From the IMG/VR virus record IMGVR_UViG_3300020709_000001, positions 1-57,964 of that record: DNA of 57,964 nucleotides, one strand, 5' to 3'. The stretch comes from a virus. Taxonomy: Duplodnaviria; Caudoviricetes. The position numbers were made by a program, and so were the translations under genes. Of this stretch, positions 1 to 10,308 are shown one piece after another. The notes beneath the pieces are model-generated. The model worked only from the letters and a program-made list of their open reading frames with translations. It had not been told where the DNA came from and searched no databases. The first letter of the stretch is position 1. Each line of letters opens with the position of its first letter.

Positions 1-106
1 GCTCCAGCACCAAAAGCAGAGTTTTGTGTTCCGCTAGTGTTTGCTTTTAAAGCCGTGTAACCAAAAGCGGTATTATAGTTTCCAGTATTTGCATAAAGAG
101 CCTGAT
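1..106. repeat. Terminal overlap, identical to 57859-57964 (circular assembly)
   Basis: First 106 nt (gctccagcac...gagcctgat) recur exactly at the window end; joining them keeps the tail-fibre ORF in frame. Confidence 0.97.
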
Positions 107-1271
107 AGCCAAAAGCATCAACAGATGAGCCTGTAGTATTGCTGTAAGCTGCTTGATAACCTACTGCTGTGTTATTAGATGCGGTGGTGTTGGCTTGTAG
201 TGCAGAATAACCTAAAGCAGTATTATTTGCACCAGTTGTATTAGCAACTAAAGATTGATAACCTAAAGCAGCATTACTACCACCAGTTGTAGTATTTCCA
301 AGAGAGCTTGTTCCTACGCCTGTGTTTCCACCGCCAGTTGTGTTTCCTCCAAGTGCGCTTGTTCCAACTCCTACATTATTTCCACCAGAAGTTGTAGCTA
401 AACCAGCATTACCACCAACAAAAGTATTATAATCAGCAGTTGAAGCTTTTCCAGCTTGATAACCAATAGCAACTAAATAAGAACCTGTTTGATTGCCGTA
501 TCCTGCTTGAAAACCAACGGCTGTATTGTTTCCAGCAGTAATATTACTATACCCAGCTTGATAACCTACTGCGGTGTTATTAGATGCGGTGGTGTTTGAA
601 CCCAATGCTCCACCACCTATTGCAATGTTAAATGAACCCGTAGTATTTGTATAAAATGCGTAACCTAATACTGTGTTATCAATACCAGTAGTGGTGGCTG
701 AACCAGCAGAATGACCTACAAAAGTAGATGCGTAGTTATCAGAAGCGGTGTTAAAAGACCTACCAGCAACATAACCAATAGCTGTTAAATTACCGCCTGT
801 AGTATTTACAAACCCAGCTTGATAACCGACAACAGTTAATCTAGTTCCAGTTGTAGTTGATTGACCCGCACCACTACCAACGGCAGTATTTGTAGAGCCT
901 GTTGTGTTTGAGGCAAGTGCGCTATTGCCTAACGCTGTATTTGTACTTACACTTCCAGCACCCTTACCAACAGTAAGACCTGATATAGAAGCATCATTAG
1001 CTAATGTTAAGTTGGTTCCGTTAAAGGTCATGTTGGCAGAACCAGCCAATGAGCCGCTAGAGTTGTATTGAACTTGGGTGTTAGAGCCACCTGCAATACC
1101 TGCTCCACCTGCTCCAGCTAAAACTGCAATAGCAGAACCAGTGTTGTAGTAAAGTTTTCCGTCGGTGCTGTTTAGTCCCAGCTCACCAACAGCAAGATTC
1201 CCAGTAGTCGGAGTTGCCGACGCTGTTGTGCTGTGAAACAGAATAATGGGTGTATAACCTGTCTGTGCCAT
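1..1271 (-). CDS. Tail fibre, N-terminal part; continues across the join to 56493 (about 878 aa in total)
   Basis: ATG at 1271 (MAQTGYTPIILFHS) after AAGGA; 1271+1366 nt = 879 codons in frame with ORF 56493..57857; NTAVGYQA beta-helical repeats. Confidence 0.88.
   Translation of the reverse strand, partial: MAQTGYTPIILFHSTTASATPTTGNLAVGELGLNSTDGKLYYNTGSAIAVLAGAGGAGIAGGSNTQVQYNSSGSLAGSANMTFNGTNLTLANDASISGLTVGKGAGSVSTNTALGNSALASNTTGSTNTAVGSGAGQSTTTGTRLTVVGYQAGFVNTTGGNLTAIGYVAGRSFNTASDNYASTFVGHSAGSATTTGIDNTVLGYAFYTNTTGSFNIAIGGGALGSNTTASNNTAVGYQAGYSNITAGNNTAVGFQAGYGNQTGSYLVAIGYQAGKASTADYNTFVGGNAGLATTSGGNNVGVGTSALGGNTTGGGNTGVGTSSLGNTTTGGSNAALGYQSLVANTTGANNTALGYSALQANTTASNNTAVGYQAAYSNTTGSSVDAFGYQALYANTGNYNTAFGYTALKANTSGTQNSAFGAG
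154..596. repeat. Two of five copies of a 38-bp intragenic repeat (154-191, 559-596)
   Basis: TGATAACCTACTGCTGTGTTATTAGATGCGGTGGTGTT with 0-1 mismatch; encodes NTTASNNTAVGYQ. Confidence 0.9.
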
Positions 1272-1305
1272 ATTTAATCCTTTTGAGTCATTATATCTTT
1301 AAACA

Positions 1306-3621
1306 TTAAAAAGTACCCCCATTGATACCACCTGTAATAGCAGTATTGGTGGCATTGTAAGTAAGACCTGTACTAGTATACTGAGGCTGATTTCCGGTAG
1401 CAGCACTCGCATAAGTAATGTAATTCGTAGCACCTGACCCAGCCGTTAGTGCAAGGTTCGTGGCATTTGTTGCATTTGTTGCATTAGTCACTGCTGTTGT
1501 GCCAATTACTGATACTACTTGAGCAGCGGTTGCAGCGGTAAATGCAGAAGTGCCATTTCCGTAAGCAAGACCTGTAAGAGTTACAACCCCTGTTCCTCCA
1601 TTGCCAACTACTAAAGTACCGCCAAGAGTAATTGCACCTGAAGTCGCAGTCGCTGGAGTCAATCCAGTTGTACCACCACTGAATGTAGTCACAGCCACAC
1701 CACTCAATGTTGACCATTGAGGAGCTGTACCTGATGAAGTCAGAATCTGACCGTTGGTACCGATTGCTAAAGTGTTATACGCGGAAGTGCCATTTCCGTA
1801 AACTAATGATCCCGCAGTCAAGCTGGTTAAACCTGTGCCACCGTTAGCTACTGGAGTCGTGCCGAGTAATGACAAAAGTTGAGCAGTAGTAGCTGCGGTA
1901 GCATAACCAGTAGTATTGTTAGCATAAACAAAACCAGTCAAACCCCCGATTTGAAGGTTAGTAGTGATTAGGTTTGTAAATGATTCAGTGGTTGAGCCAG
2001 GAATCTTCTGCCATGCGCCGTTACTGAATATTGCCCAGTCACCAATGTTCCAGCCTGATACGCCGTTTAAAGTAGTGTTACCAGCAGTCGTTACAACGTA
2101 GTAATAACCAGACGTACCCACGCTAGAAGTCAAAGTAGGACTATTGGTGTTGGCGTTCCATGTACCTTGATAGGCGGGAGCATTGCTAGCTTGAGTGCTG
2201 ATTGAAGTTACTTGACCTTGGGCATTAACTGTCAAAACAGGAATGACGGAAGATGAGCCGTATGTACCGGCTGTAACGCCACTATTTGCAATTGCAATAG
2301 TAACCGGTGATGAACCGTTAAAGCTCGTACCAGACAACCCTGTGCCTATTGTTAATGCATTTGTTGTTGATGCGGTAACTGTTGTAGAGCCACCCAAACT
2401 GACCGCATTTCCATTAATAGTGATTGAACTATTGGTCAATCCACTATTCGGAATATTAGTAAACGTATTTGTGGAGCCACTGATTGACTTATTGGTCAAT
2501 GTTTGAGTGCCAGTCAAAGTAGCAACAGTACTATCAATACTGATTGTTCTAGCTACAGAACCATCGTATGTGGTTCCAGAATTTAGTTGCAAACCAGTGC
2601 TAACAGTTAATGGGTTTGTAGCAGTTGCAGTAATGGTTCCGCTAGCACCTAAAGCAACTGTTACACCATTGTATGTGACTTGTGGGTTTGCAATCTGAGC
2701 ATTTGTAACCGTGCCGCTTAAAGCAGTTGTGGGAATTGTGGTTGATGCAGTCATGGCAGATATGCCATTTCCATACACATAACCAGTTAAGGTGGTTGCC
2801 CCTGTACCGCCATTAGCAACATTTAATGTACCACCAAGGACGATAGCACCAGTACTTGCAAAATTAGGAGTAAAACCAGTAGTGCCTGCACTAAAACTTG
2901 AAACACCAGCACCAGAAATAATGGTTCCCCAATTACTGTTTGCATAAGCTTCTAAAGAGTTTAAGTCTGTATTGTAACGAAGCATTCCGTTGACAGGGCT
3001 TGCCGCTCTTGCTGCAGTTCCTCCACTAGGCACAGTGACACTAGCTGCACCAGGAAGCACAGGATTGCTTGCTAAACCTATGATCGGATTGGTATTTCCG
3101 TTTAATACAGAAATCTGATTGGTTGTTCCTGCAACAGTAGCTACTGAAATTGTAGTTCCGTTGGTCTGTAATAATCCTGTACCGGAAGTAGTTGCAAGAG
3201 CTTGTACTAATCCCGTAAGTGCAAATGTAGGATTGCCACTGACACCATTACCATTTGAAATACTAAGACCTGAACCAGATGCAGTTAGTGTTCTACTAGC
3301 AACTGTTGAGCCTGTGTTCTTAACTATGATGCCTTGAGAGGCATTCTCTAAACTGCCTGATACTCCATTCAAGAAGATATTGTAAATGCCTCCAGAACCT
3401 CCGTCAGAGGATCCTAGGCCTAATCCTGTACCGATGTATCGACTATTTGGAAGAGTGGGCTGAGCAGTAACAGTTAAGAAAGTTTGAGTTAAAGACGGAC
3501 TAGCAGTAATTGCACTAACAGTAGTCTGTACCGTTTGTCCATTTTGGACTATTGGTACTAACTCAGAGCCAGTAATGGCAGTCTGTGCTGGTGGAAGCTG
3601 CGAGATTCTTATATTTGCCAT
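1306..3621 (-). CDS. Gly/Thr/Ser/Asn-rich tail fibre or tail-associated protein
   Basis: 771 aa; repeated NGGTG.T.LT and FSGGTTG motifs; ends GGTF like the 51020 protein. Confidence 0.75.
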   Translation of the reverse strand: MANIRISQLPPAQTAITGSELVPIVQNGQTVQTTVSAITASPSLTQTFLTVTAQPTLPNSRYIGTGLGLGSSDGGSGGIYNIFLNGVSGSLENASQGIIVKNTGSTVASRTLTASGSGLSISNGNGVSGNPTFALTGLVQALATTSGTGLLQTNGTTISVATVAGTTNQISVLNGNTNPIIGLASNPVLPGAASVTVPSGGTAARAASPVNGMLRYNTDLNSLEAYANSNWGTIISGAGVSSFSAGTTGFTPNFASTGAIVLGGTLNVANGGTGATTLTGYVYGNGISAMTASTTIPTTALSGTVTNAQIANPQVTYNGVTVALGASGTITATATNPLTVSTGLQLNSGTTYDGSVARTISIDSTVATLTGTQTLTNKSISGSTNTFTNIPNSGLTNSSITINGNAVSLGGSTTVTASTTNALTIGTGLSGTSFNGSSPVTIAIANSGVTAGTYGSSSVIPVLTVNAQGQVTSISTQASNAPAYQGTWNANTNSPTLTSSVGTSGYYYVVTTAGNTTLNGVSGWNIGDWAIFSNGAWQKIPGSTTESFTNLITTNLQIGGLTGFVYANNTTGYATAATTAQLLSLLGTTPVANGGTGLTSLTAGSLVYGNGTSAYNTLAIGTNGQILTSSGTAPQWSTLSGVAVTTFSGGTTGLTPATATSGAITLGGTLVVGNGGTGVVTLTGLAYGNGTSAFTAATAAQVVSVIGTTAVTNATNATNATNLALTAGSGATNYITYASAATGNQPQYTSTGLTYNATNTAITGGINGGTF

Positions 3622-3623
3622 AA

Positions 3624-3998
3624 TTAGGGACTCAAATTGTCGAGGTTTCCGCTTATTGTATCCTCTGACTGCTCAGGTGCAATTCCCCACTCACCAGCAG
3701 TAGACGGAAGTGTTGGATCTTGATTTACATCATTTACAATATTAGGATCAGTTGTTAATGCATCATTATCTGGATTAAGCGGTGCATCAGGACGTGGAAA
3801 CCGAATCGAGATCTTTTCAGGCTGTCTTGCAGGCAGTCTATAGGGATCACGCTCATCATTGCAACCAAAATTACATACTCTTAACCCAGGAATATTTCTA
3901 TCATTACTAATATCATCATAGGCACGTTTCATCTTACACCTATCGCAGATAGCGATACTGAGTACTGTATTGCCACGAGTGTCTAACCAGATGCTCAT
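3624..3998 (-). CDS. Small Zn-finger-like virion-region protein
   Basis: CDRC...CNFGC; tightly coupled to neighbours. Confidence 0.6.
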   Translation of the reverse strand: MSIWLDTRGNTVLSIAICDRCKMKRAYDDISNDRNIPGLRVCNFGCNDERDPYRLPARQPEKISIRFPRPDAPLNPDNDALTTDPNIVNDVNQDPTLPSTAGEWGIAPEQSEDTISGNLDNLSP

Positions 3999-5053
3999 TT
4001 TGTATAAGGACTTATGTTAGGTGCAAAGTAAATAGGAGACTTGTCACGCTCTTCTTGCTCAGCCATCATCCAGTATTTTTCAGCTTGCTGTTCACAATAC
4101 ACAATTCTTGTAGGCTCTACATTTGGTAATTCCATAGCCATTTGATGAGCTAGCATATTCTGTACTGCTAAGTACCATCTTTGAGGAATCTCAATAGATC
4201 CAGATAAAGCGCCTACATCTTGAATATATCTGTGAGCCCAAACTACGATTTGTGGCGAATAGATTTGAGGTGCAGGCCATAAGTACATAGCAGGTTGAGG
4301 AATATTCCTGTCAAACCAGTATTGCAAAGGGTAGTTATTAGTAAAATTTTTGTTCGGCAAGTTGGTGTAATCATCACGATTCATTCTAGCCATTGGAATT
4401 TCAGTAGCGTTGGATCCAAACACTACTTGATATACACCCATATTAATACCAGATGTCTGCTGAATTCTCCAATATGGAACATTAGCAGAAGGATCAAGGT
4501 CATAATACAGCCATGTCCCTGAGACCCAGTTCGTGGCACCAGGGCTATACGCAGTTGTCCAGTTGGTGCCATCATTTGAGTATTGAATCTGTATTGTTAC
4601 AGACCCACTGACAGCAGGTAAAATACCTACAGTTCCAATATAGACATTCTGCCCAGATCCGTTGTTAATTCCAATAGAGCTTGTGTTATTTGTACATTGG
4701 CAAATATTGGTGTACTGACCATCAAATGCATATGAGCCATTACCAGTGGTGGAATATCCGCCTGTAGTGTTCTGAGTAACAGTTCGATAGTTGGCATTTA
4801 GCACGTCAACTACCCCTGTATTCAGATAGTACTGATAATGATCAGGAATTAATCCAAGTACATACTTTTGAATGCACCAATACTGAATACCTCTATTTGC
4901 CAGATTTGACAATAGATAGTACAGACTCTGAGTAGCAGCATTGACTTGCTCAACTGTCAAGTCTTCTGCTAATTTACCTGCTCGCCGAGCACCACTATCA
5001 ATAAGTTGTTGAACAGTGATAACGGTTTGGCTTACTGTTCCGCTTGTACTCAT
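3995..5053 (-). CDS. Putative head-tail adaptor or tail tubular protein
   Basis: Probable start MSTSGT at 5053 overlapping the upstream stop; RDDYTNLPNK...QYWFDR...LWPAP; position after head genes. Confidence 0.55.
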   Translation of the reverse strand: MSTSGTVSQTVITVQQLIDSGARRAGKLAEDLTVEQVNAATQSLYYLLSNLANRGIQYWCIQKYVLGLIPDHYQYYLNTGVVDVLNANYRTVTQNTTGGYSTTGNGSYAFDGQYTNICQCTNNTSSIGINNGSGQNVYIGTVGILPAVSGSVTIQIQYSNDGTNWTTAYSPGATNWVSGTWLYYDLDPSANVPYWRIQQTSGINMGVYQVVFGSNATEIPMARMNRDDYTNLPNKNFTNNYPLQYWFDRNIPQPAMYLWPAPQIYSPQIVVWAHRYIQDVGALSGSIEIPQRWYLAVQNMLAHQMAMELPNVEPTRIVYCEQQAEKYWMMAEQEERDKSPIYFAPNISPYTK

Positions 5054-5622
5054 TACCACCCTTTTATGTTGTGCTTTTTAGGTTTACCACCGTCTTTACA
5101 ATGCCAACTTTTCAAGGATGCTGCTTTTCGTGTAGGCCGTCCTTTTTCATCTTTCATAGGACCTTTCATGCCTGACATTCTGGCACAAAATGAATCATGT
5201 CTAGGACCACTTGCTTGTGGCGGTTTTAAATGACTACCTGTTTCACGATTCACTTTTGCTCGACCTTTTGCAGTAAGGCCAGCACCTTGATTAGTAGGCT
5301 TCTTTTCACCGCGTTTAATAGACAACTTAACATCACCGCCATGAGCCATCTTCTTAGACTGTGAATGCTTTAAATCATAATCTGTTGGAGCACCTTTACT
5401 TCCGGGCTTTCTCATATGCTCACCAGAACCATGCTTAATCCGTTCTTGCTTAGCATGAATATTTGCCCATAAACCAGGTAGTTTGCCACCGTCTTTCTTC
5501 TTAACAGACCGTTTTACAGAATAAGCAATGGCAACTGCTTGTTTTACAGGTTTACCTGCATGCACTTCTGCAGCTACATTCTTACTAAATGCTTTTGGGG
5601 ATTTAGATTTGATGAGTGGCAT
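5053..5622 (-). CDS. Basic KxGG-motif head-region protein
   Basis: KQAVAIAYS, GLWANIHAK and SFCARM segments typical of small phage head-region proteins; K/H-rich. Confidence 0.6.
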   Translation of the reverse strand: MPLIKSKSPKAFSKNVAAEVHAGKPVKQAVAIAYSVKRSVKKKDGGKLPGLWANIHAKQERIKHGSGEHMRKPGSKGAPTDYDLKHSQSKKMAHGGDVKLSIKRGEKKPTNQGAGLTAKGRAKVNRETGSHLKPPQASGPRHDSFCARMSGMKGPMKDEKGRPTRKAASLKSWHCKDGGKPKKHNIKGW

Positions 5623-5624
5623 GA

Positions 5625-6407
5625 TTATGGGAATGCTGGGTTAACGTTATTGTTATTTGCAATTAATTTACCTGTGACGATTACTCCAGCAGCAATTGTT
5701 CCTGTACTAGTAATTAACTGCCATTGAATATCTGTCTTTTCACTATATGCAAATGGGTCTGATGCACGTGATGCCGTATAAATTGAAACAAATGGTTGTT
5801 GTAATACAGTTAGCTTCACACCAGTTACATTATTAATTGCCTGAACTTTATACGTAATAATTGTACTTCCTGTATAGCTATTTGAAGTATTTACTTCAGC
5901 TAAATCTAAATAAAATGTATAACCGGCAGGAACAGTGTATATCGTACTTTGTGACTTACCTATACCTGCATTAATTTGTGCAACTATGTTAGAAGATTGC
6001 TTAAGAGTAATTGTACCTACATTGGTCGTTTGACCTGTGCCGGGTGACGTCATTAGCAAACTATTGACTCTAAAATAGCTATTAACTGTCGTAACACCAG
6101 CAGTACCGTTTAGCGCCAAAGTTTCAGAAATTGGATTAAAGCTTGAATCCAATCCACTAATAAATATTTTAGCACTTGTATCATCAGATGCTGACGTACT
6201 TACAAGCGTTAAAGTAGATGCTGATGTAATGTATGTATAAGTTGATGCATTTTCCCAAATAGGAATTGATGTTGTAGTTACTGATGACTGATAACCAAAC
6301 AAACTTACCACACTATGGCCCATAATCTGACCACGAGCCACTTGCAAATCAAATGGTTCATATCGACCAGCACGTGTGACTGAAGCGACAATATTATTAT
6401 TGCTCAT
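5625..6407 (-). CDS. Hypothetical virion-region protein
   Basis: 260 aa, Thr/Ser-rich, GGAG RBS. Confidence 0.65.
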   Translation of the reverse strand: MSNNNIVASVTRAGRYEPFDLQVARGQIMGHSVVSLFGYQSSVTTTSIPIWENASTYTYITSASTLTLVSTSASDDTSAKIFISGLDSSFNPISETLALNGTAGVTTVNSYFRVNSLLMTSPGTGQTTNVGTITLKQSSNIVAQINAGIGKSQSTIYTVPAGYTFYLDLAEVNTSNSYTGSTIITYKVQAINNVTGVKLTVLQQPFVSIYTASRASDPFAYSEKTDIQWQLITSTGTIAAGVIVTGKLIANNNNVNPAFP

Positions 6408-6421
6408 AAATTCTCCAATTT

Positions 6422-6448
6422 AAAAAGCGGGGGATTGCTCCCCCAACC
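6422..6448 (-). terminator. Rho-independent terminator
   Basis: Minus strand GGGGGA-GCAA-TCCCCC-GC-TTTTT directly after the 6451 stop. Confidence 0.8.
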
Positions 6449-6450
6449 TT

Positions 6451-7620
6451 TTAGTAATTACACTTAGCCTTGCCACCCATTTTATGGTGTTTAGCATGAC
6501 CACCATGTTTCATAGGATGACCGTCGATCTTGTCATGACCATGCGAATGCTTTGCAGCATGTTTGTGCATATGGGTATGACCAGAATCATGATGACCATG
6601 AGTAGTGTGATGAGCAACATGACCATGGTGCTTAACATGTCCACCTTTTTTGTAGCCAGCTGGTCCTTCTTTAATTTCACCAGTTCCAGCTTTCTTGGTA
6701 GGCATTTTAGCGCCGTCTTTCATGTCATTCAAGTAGCGTTTAGCAACATTCTGCGATACAGTACCGCCTTTTGCATAATGCTTCTTGCTATGACCGCCAT
6801 GTTTATAACCAACACCTTCTACTCCACCTGTCTTGGTGTGAAAAGACTTAGTCTGTTTAGCTTCATGAACTTTATCTTGCACATCAATTTTTGGCTTCAA
6901 TGCACCACGATCTTGAAAACGATCACCTTTAGCTGCCAAAGCTTGACCGCCTTTAGCATAGTGATGTTTAGCATGACCGCCACGTTTCAATTGCTTACCG
7001 CCTTCGTGATCAACAGGGCTTGTACCGCCTGCAGCCATTTTAGCCATGTGCTTGTGATGCTCATGCATTTTGTGATGATGCATAGATCCGCCTTCTGCAT
7101 GTTTAGCTTTGTGATGCTTAGCCATTGCTTTGTGGTGTGCATGTGAGCCTTCAGGATGACCAGAAATACGATGAGCTTTACCACCGTGCTTGTAGCCAGG
7201 TCCTTCAATACCACCAGATGTGCCTTTGTGATGAGGTTTACCTTCACCTAGCAAACCGCCAACCGGAGGATTGTACATACCTGCTTTACCGCCTGCTTTT
7301 AAGCCACGATGAGCTTTACTAGCTTTCATGCTTTCATGATGCTTAAGTTCTTTTTCAATCTTATTCATTTCATGCATTTCTGCTTTGTGCTCTTTACCAC
7401 TTTCAGCTTTACCACCTTTTTTGCGCTGAAGAAGGGCACCAGTTGGCATAGGAGGGCGACGTCCCATTACAGGACGAGGTGCCATTGCCATCATTGGATT
7501 TCCGCCCATGGCCATATGCTTCTTGTGCGCATGACCACCTTTTTTCATACCTTTACCTGCTTCATCAGCAGAAGGCTCGGTAGTCATTTCTTTTGGTTCA
7601 CGACTAAATTTTGTTGCCAT
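6451..7620 (-). CDS. His/Lys-rich low-complexity protein with repeated xKxGG/xAxGG motifs
   Basis: About 55 His in 389 aa; AGGAG RBS; followed by a terminator. Confidence 0.8.
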   Translation of the reverse strand: MATKFSREPKEMTTEPSADEAGKGMKKGGHAHKKHMAMGGNPMMAMAPRPVMGRRPPMPTGALLQRKKGGKAESGKEHKAEMHEMNKIEKELKHHESMKASKAHRGLKAGGKAGMYNPPVGGLLGEGKPHHKGTSGGIEGPGYKHGGKAHRISGHPEGSHAHHKAMAKHHKAKHAEGGSMHHHKMHEHHKHMAKMAAGGTSPVDHEGGKQLKRGGHAKHHYAKGGQALAAKGDRFQDRGALKPKIDVQDKVHEAKQTKSFHTKTGGVEGVGYKHGGHSKKHYAKGGTVSQNVAKRYLNDMKDGAKMPTKKAGTGEIKEGPAGYKKGGHVKHHGHVAHHTTHGHHDSGHTHMHKHAAKHSHGHDKIDGHPMKHGGHAKHHKMGGKAKCNY

Positions 7621-7636
7621 GATTAATTTCTCCTAA

Positions 7637-8665
7637 TTAGGCTTGAGTAACGCCAAGAGCGCCAGTTTGAGTAGCGTTTGGACCTACTGCAATTGCAGGC
7701 ATATAAATACCCATTACCAAACGATAAGTACCATTAGCATTTGAGCTAGGAGCATAAGTTCCACGCACATCACCAGTGGTTGAAGTTGCAGTACCTTGTA
7801 CAGCGGCTACAAAAGTTCCTGCATCGTTTGCAATAGATTGAGCCCAACCAATATCAGCAATATAAGCCGCATCTGTTGCACGAACTGGCAAACCGTAGAT
7901 ATTAGATACGCCAGCGGAAACAGTATTGGTATTGCTTACGCTTGGAGTAATGGAAACAACAGTCTTGAATGCTTTTTTACCATTTGTGGTGGTAGAAGCA
8001 GTTACAGGAACGCTAATTGCTTCAGTCATTGCTTGACCGTAAATGTCATAACCAGACACAGTAAATACAGAAGCTGTAATTGTAGAACCACCAGTTGTAA
8101 TTGAAATAGTACGAGCTACATCAAGTTGATAAATGGTTGTACCAGCAGTATTTGTAGTCTTAGTTACGCCTGTACCTGAACCTACGGACAATGTCATAGC
8201 TGTGCTTGCTGTGGTAGCTTGAGAAGCTGCTAAGGCAGTTGCAGAAGGAGCAGATGGGCAAATATCGAATACATAAACACGACCTAATGGACCTACGCCT
8301 TGACCCATTGGGGAAGGATAAGAATTGATTGGTGTGCCTAAAGTTAAAGTTACAGTAACCGTACCAGAGCCAGAAGCGCTATTAAGGATAGCTGTATTAA
8401 GTGTTCCAATAGGAGGGGTTGTGTAAGCACCACCAGTTGAAACGGTAACAGTTTGAACAATTCCAGCTGATACGGTTGCTACAGTCAATACTGTAGGTGT
8501 ACCTGTACCGCCTAGAACTTGAAGGGTATCACCAACTGCATAACCACTAGAACCACCTGAAACTATGGTAGCAGCGGTAGCCGCGGTTGTATACATAAGG
8601 TACGCATCTGTACCCATGTAAGCTTGAGCTGAACCCAAGTATAAATCATCACTAAATTGTGGCAT
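7637..8665 (-). CDS. Putative capsid decoration or minor head protein
   Basis: Likely start MPQFSDDL at 8665 (GGAG upstream), not 8764; Thr/Ala-rich; immediately downstream of the capsid gene. Confidence 0.6.
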   Translation of the reverse strand: MPQFSDDLYLGSAQAYMGTDAYLMYTTAATAATIVSGGSSGYAVGDTLQVLGGTGTPTVLTVATVSAGIVQTVTVSTGGAYTTPPIGTLNTAILNSASGSGTVTVTLTLGTPINSYPSPMGQGVGPLGRVYVFDICPSAPSATALAASQATTASTAMTLSVGSGTGVTKTTNTAGTTIYQLDVARTISITTGGSTITASVFTVSGYDIYGQAMTEAISVPVTASTTTNGKKAFKTVVSITPSVSNTNTVSAGVSNIYGLPVRATDAAYIADIGWAQSIANDAGTFVAAVQGTATSTTGDVRGTYAPSSNANGTYRLVMGIYMPAIAVGPNATQTGALGVTQA

Positions 8666-8698
8666 GTTGTCTGCTCCATGAAAAGTATGACAAATGAA

Positions 8699-8721
8699 GT
8701 GGGGAGTTAAGGTCTCCCCAC
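8699..8721 (-). terminator. Stem-loop after the major capsid gene (partial terminator or stabiliser)
   Basis: GTGGGGAG-N7-CTCCCCAC, weak U tract. Confidence 0.55.
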
Positions 8722-8735
8722 ATAACCTTAGAACA

Positions 8736-9650
8736 TTAGGCTCCTGGAGTTCCCCACATAGCACGTGGATCAGTCCAACCTACCTGATAACGCTCAGTTG
8801 CTTTATAACGCATAGAGTCGGTTTCGAAGTCGCCTTCCATAGTCTTCTCTAATGCACGACGCATCAACAGTTTCATACCTTCTGGCGCATCTGATTGAAT
8901 CCACCAGTTAGTAGAAGATGTCAAACGGCTAATAACCGAGGCACCTTCTGGCAACAAACCAATCGATTTAATTGGGTTGATGTCATTGTTAGCAGTACCA
9001 GTACGTAATACGCTCTTCAGCAATACTTCTGCTTGGAACACGTTACCCGGTGCTACAACTAACTTAAGTGGTTGCAAACGGATTTTCTTACCATTGTTGT
9101 CAACAGCTAGACGCAATTGAATTAACATTTGCTCCAACGAAGTCTGAGACAAAGCAGCAGCAGTATTTAACTGATTGCTGAATGAACCAGCTGCAATTGG
9201 GTGTGCAGTGTTAATTAAAGATACGCCATCACCGCCAACATATGAAGAGTTAAATGCACGGTTCAATACGTTAGCGCATAGCAATTCTTTGGTTTCCACC
9301 AAAGATTGTGCCAAGTGCTTCGCATATACCTGACCAATACGGATGTGATCACCGTCTTCAACCAATACTTTGGTCAAAGCAAATGCCAATCCAAATACTT
9401 GGTAGACATAGCGTTGTAAGAACAGAACACCACCTTGTTGATAGGTTACAGGGCTGCCGTCAGGTAACTGAGGAGCTGCACCAAAACCATACAACACTGG
9501 TTCTTCGTGGTAGTTACGTGGAATACCAGCTTGCTCACGGAATACAGTGCTCCATTCGTCAGCACGTTGGTCATACACACCATCAAAGGACTCGTTCAAA
9601 ATAGGTTCAACTATCGAACGGAAGTCCGTACTTCTCATCGGGGCTGCCAT
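8736..9650 (-). CDS. Major capsid protein
   Basis: 304 aa; GDGVSL...HP, P.KLVV.P, EGDFET...RYKATERY..GWTDPR; follows portal and scaffold. Confidence 0.88.
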   Translation of the reverse strand: MAAPMRSTDFRSIVEPILNESFDGVYDQRADEWSTVFREQAGIPRNYHEEPVLYGFGAAPQLPDGSPVTYQQGGVLFLQRYVYQVFGLAFALTKVLVEDGDHIRIGQVYAKHLAQSLVETKELLCANVLNRAFNSSYVGGDGVSLINTAHPIAAGSFSNQLNTAAALSQTSLEQMLIQLRLAVDNNGKKIRLQPLKLVVAPGNVFQAEVLLKSVLRTGTANNDINPIKSIGLLPEGASVISRLTSSTNWWIQSDAPEGMKLLMRRALEKTMEGDFETDSMRYKATERYQVGWTDPRAMWGTPGA

Positions 9651-9666
9651 TTGTCAGTCTCCTATA

Positions 9667-10299
9667 TTAAACAGTAGCGGTGTAAGCACCGTACCATTGA
9701 GTTCCAGATAATTGAACACGTACGATTGTGTACGCGTCACCCCATGCGTTGTCTACGTTTTGGCATAGATCAACAACACGCATTTGACCTTGGTTACCGT
9801 TACCAACTGCGGTAGAAGCACCAAGAGTAGCTTGCGATAAGCCTGTTACTGTAGAACCAGCAGTGATATTTGTGAACAAATACTCATTACCGATACTAGT
9901 CTGAGCCATTGAACCATCAGCTTGGATTTCATAAACGATGTTGAGGTCGTTATAGAAATACGCATTGGTGGTTGAATTAGCAAAAGTTGTAGTACCAGCT
10001 GGCCAATAATTGGACACACGGCGACGACCTGTAGTATCAGTAAACTCTACACCTTGGAATGAACCAGTTACAGTGTATTGTGCTGATAAAGTTGTTGACG
10101 CGTTGCTAGCTGGGGCTTGAGTAGGAACAATCTGACCAGTGGTGCCGCTGTTAGCGGATTGACCATAAGACACAGGTTGTCCTTTCAGGATATTTGAGTT
10201 ATATCCTGATGGAATACCGTTGGCAAGGACCTGTGCTCTTTCCAAACCTGTTGGGAAGAATGCAGGACGCAAACCAAACGGAGCTGACGTTGCTGACAT
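9667..10299 (-). CDS. Capsid-associated structural protein
   Basis: APFGLRP start, YEIQADG; position upstream of the capsid gene. Confidence 0.6.
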   Translation of the reverse strand: MSATSAPFGLRPAFFPTGLERAQVLANGIPSGYNSNILKGQPVSYGQSANSGTTGQIVPTQAPASNASTTLSAQYTVTGSFQGVEFTDTTGRRRVSNYWPAGTTTFANSTTNAYFYNDLNIVYEIQADGSMAQTSIGNEYLFTNITAGSTVTGLSQATLGASTAVGNGNQGQMRVVDLCQNVDNAWGDAYTIVRVQLSGTQWYGAYTATV

Positions 10300-10308
10300 A
10301 AAAACTCC

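Noticed and set aside
6484-7146. 220-aa plus-strand ORF and other antisense ORFs in the track (e.g. 2243, 13828, 19261, 21649, 47051)
   Set aside because: Shadow frames of well-supported opposite-strand genes, with no RBS or motif support
8666-8764. N-terminal extension of ORF 7637 given in the track
   Set aside because: It overlaps the capsid gene end and the hairpin; a better SD-associated ATG is at 8665
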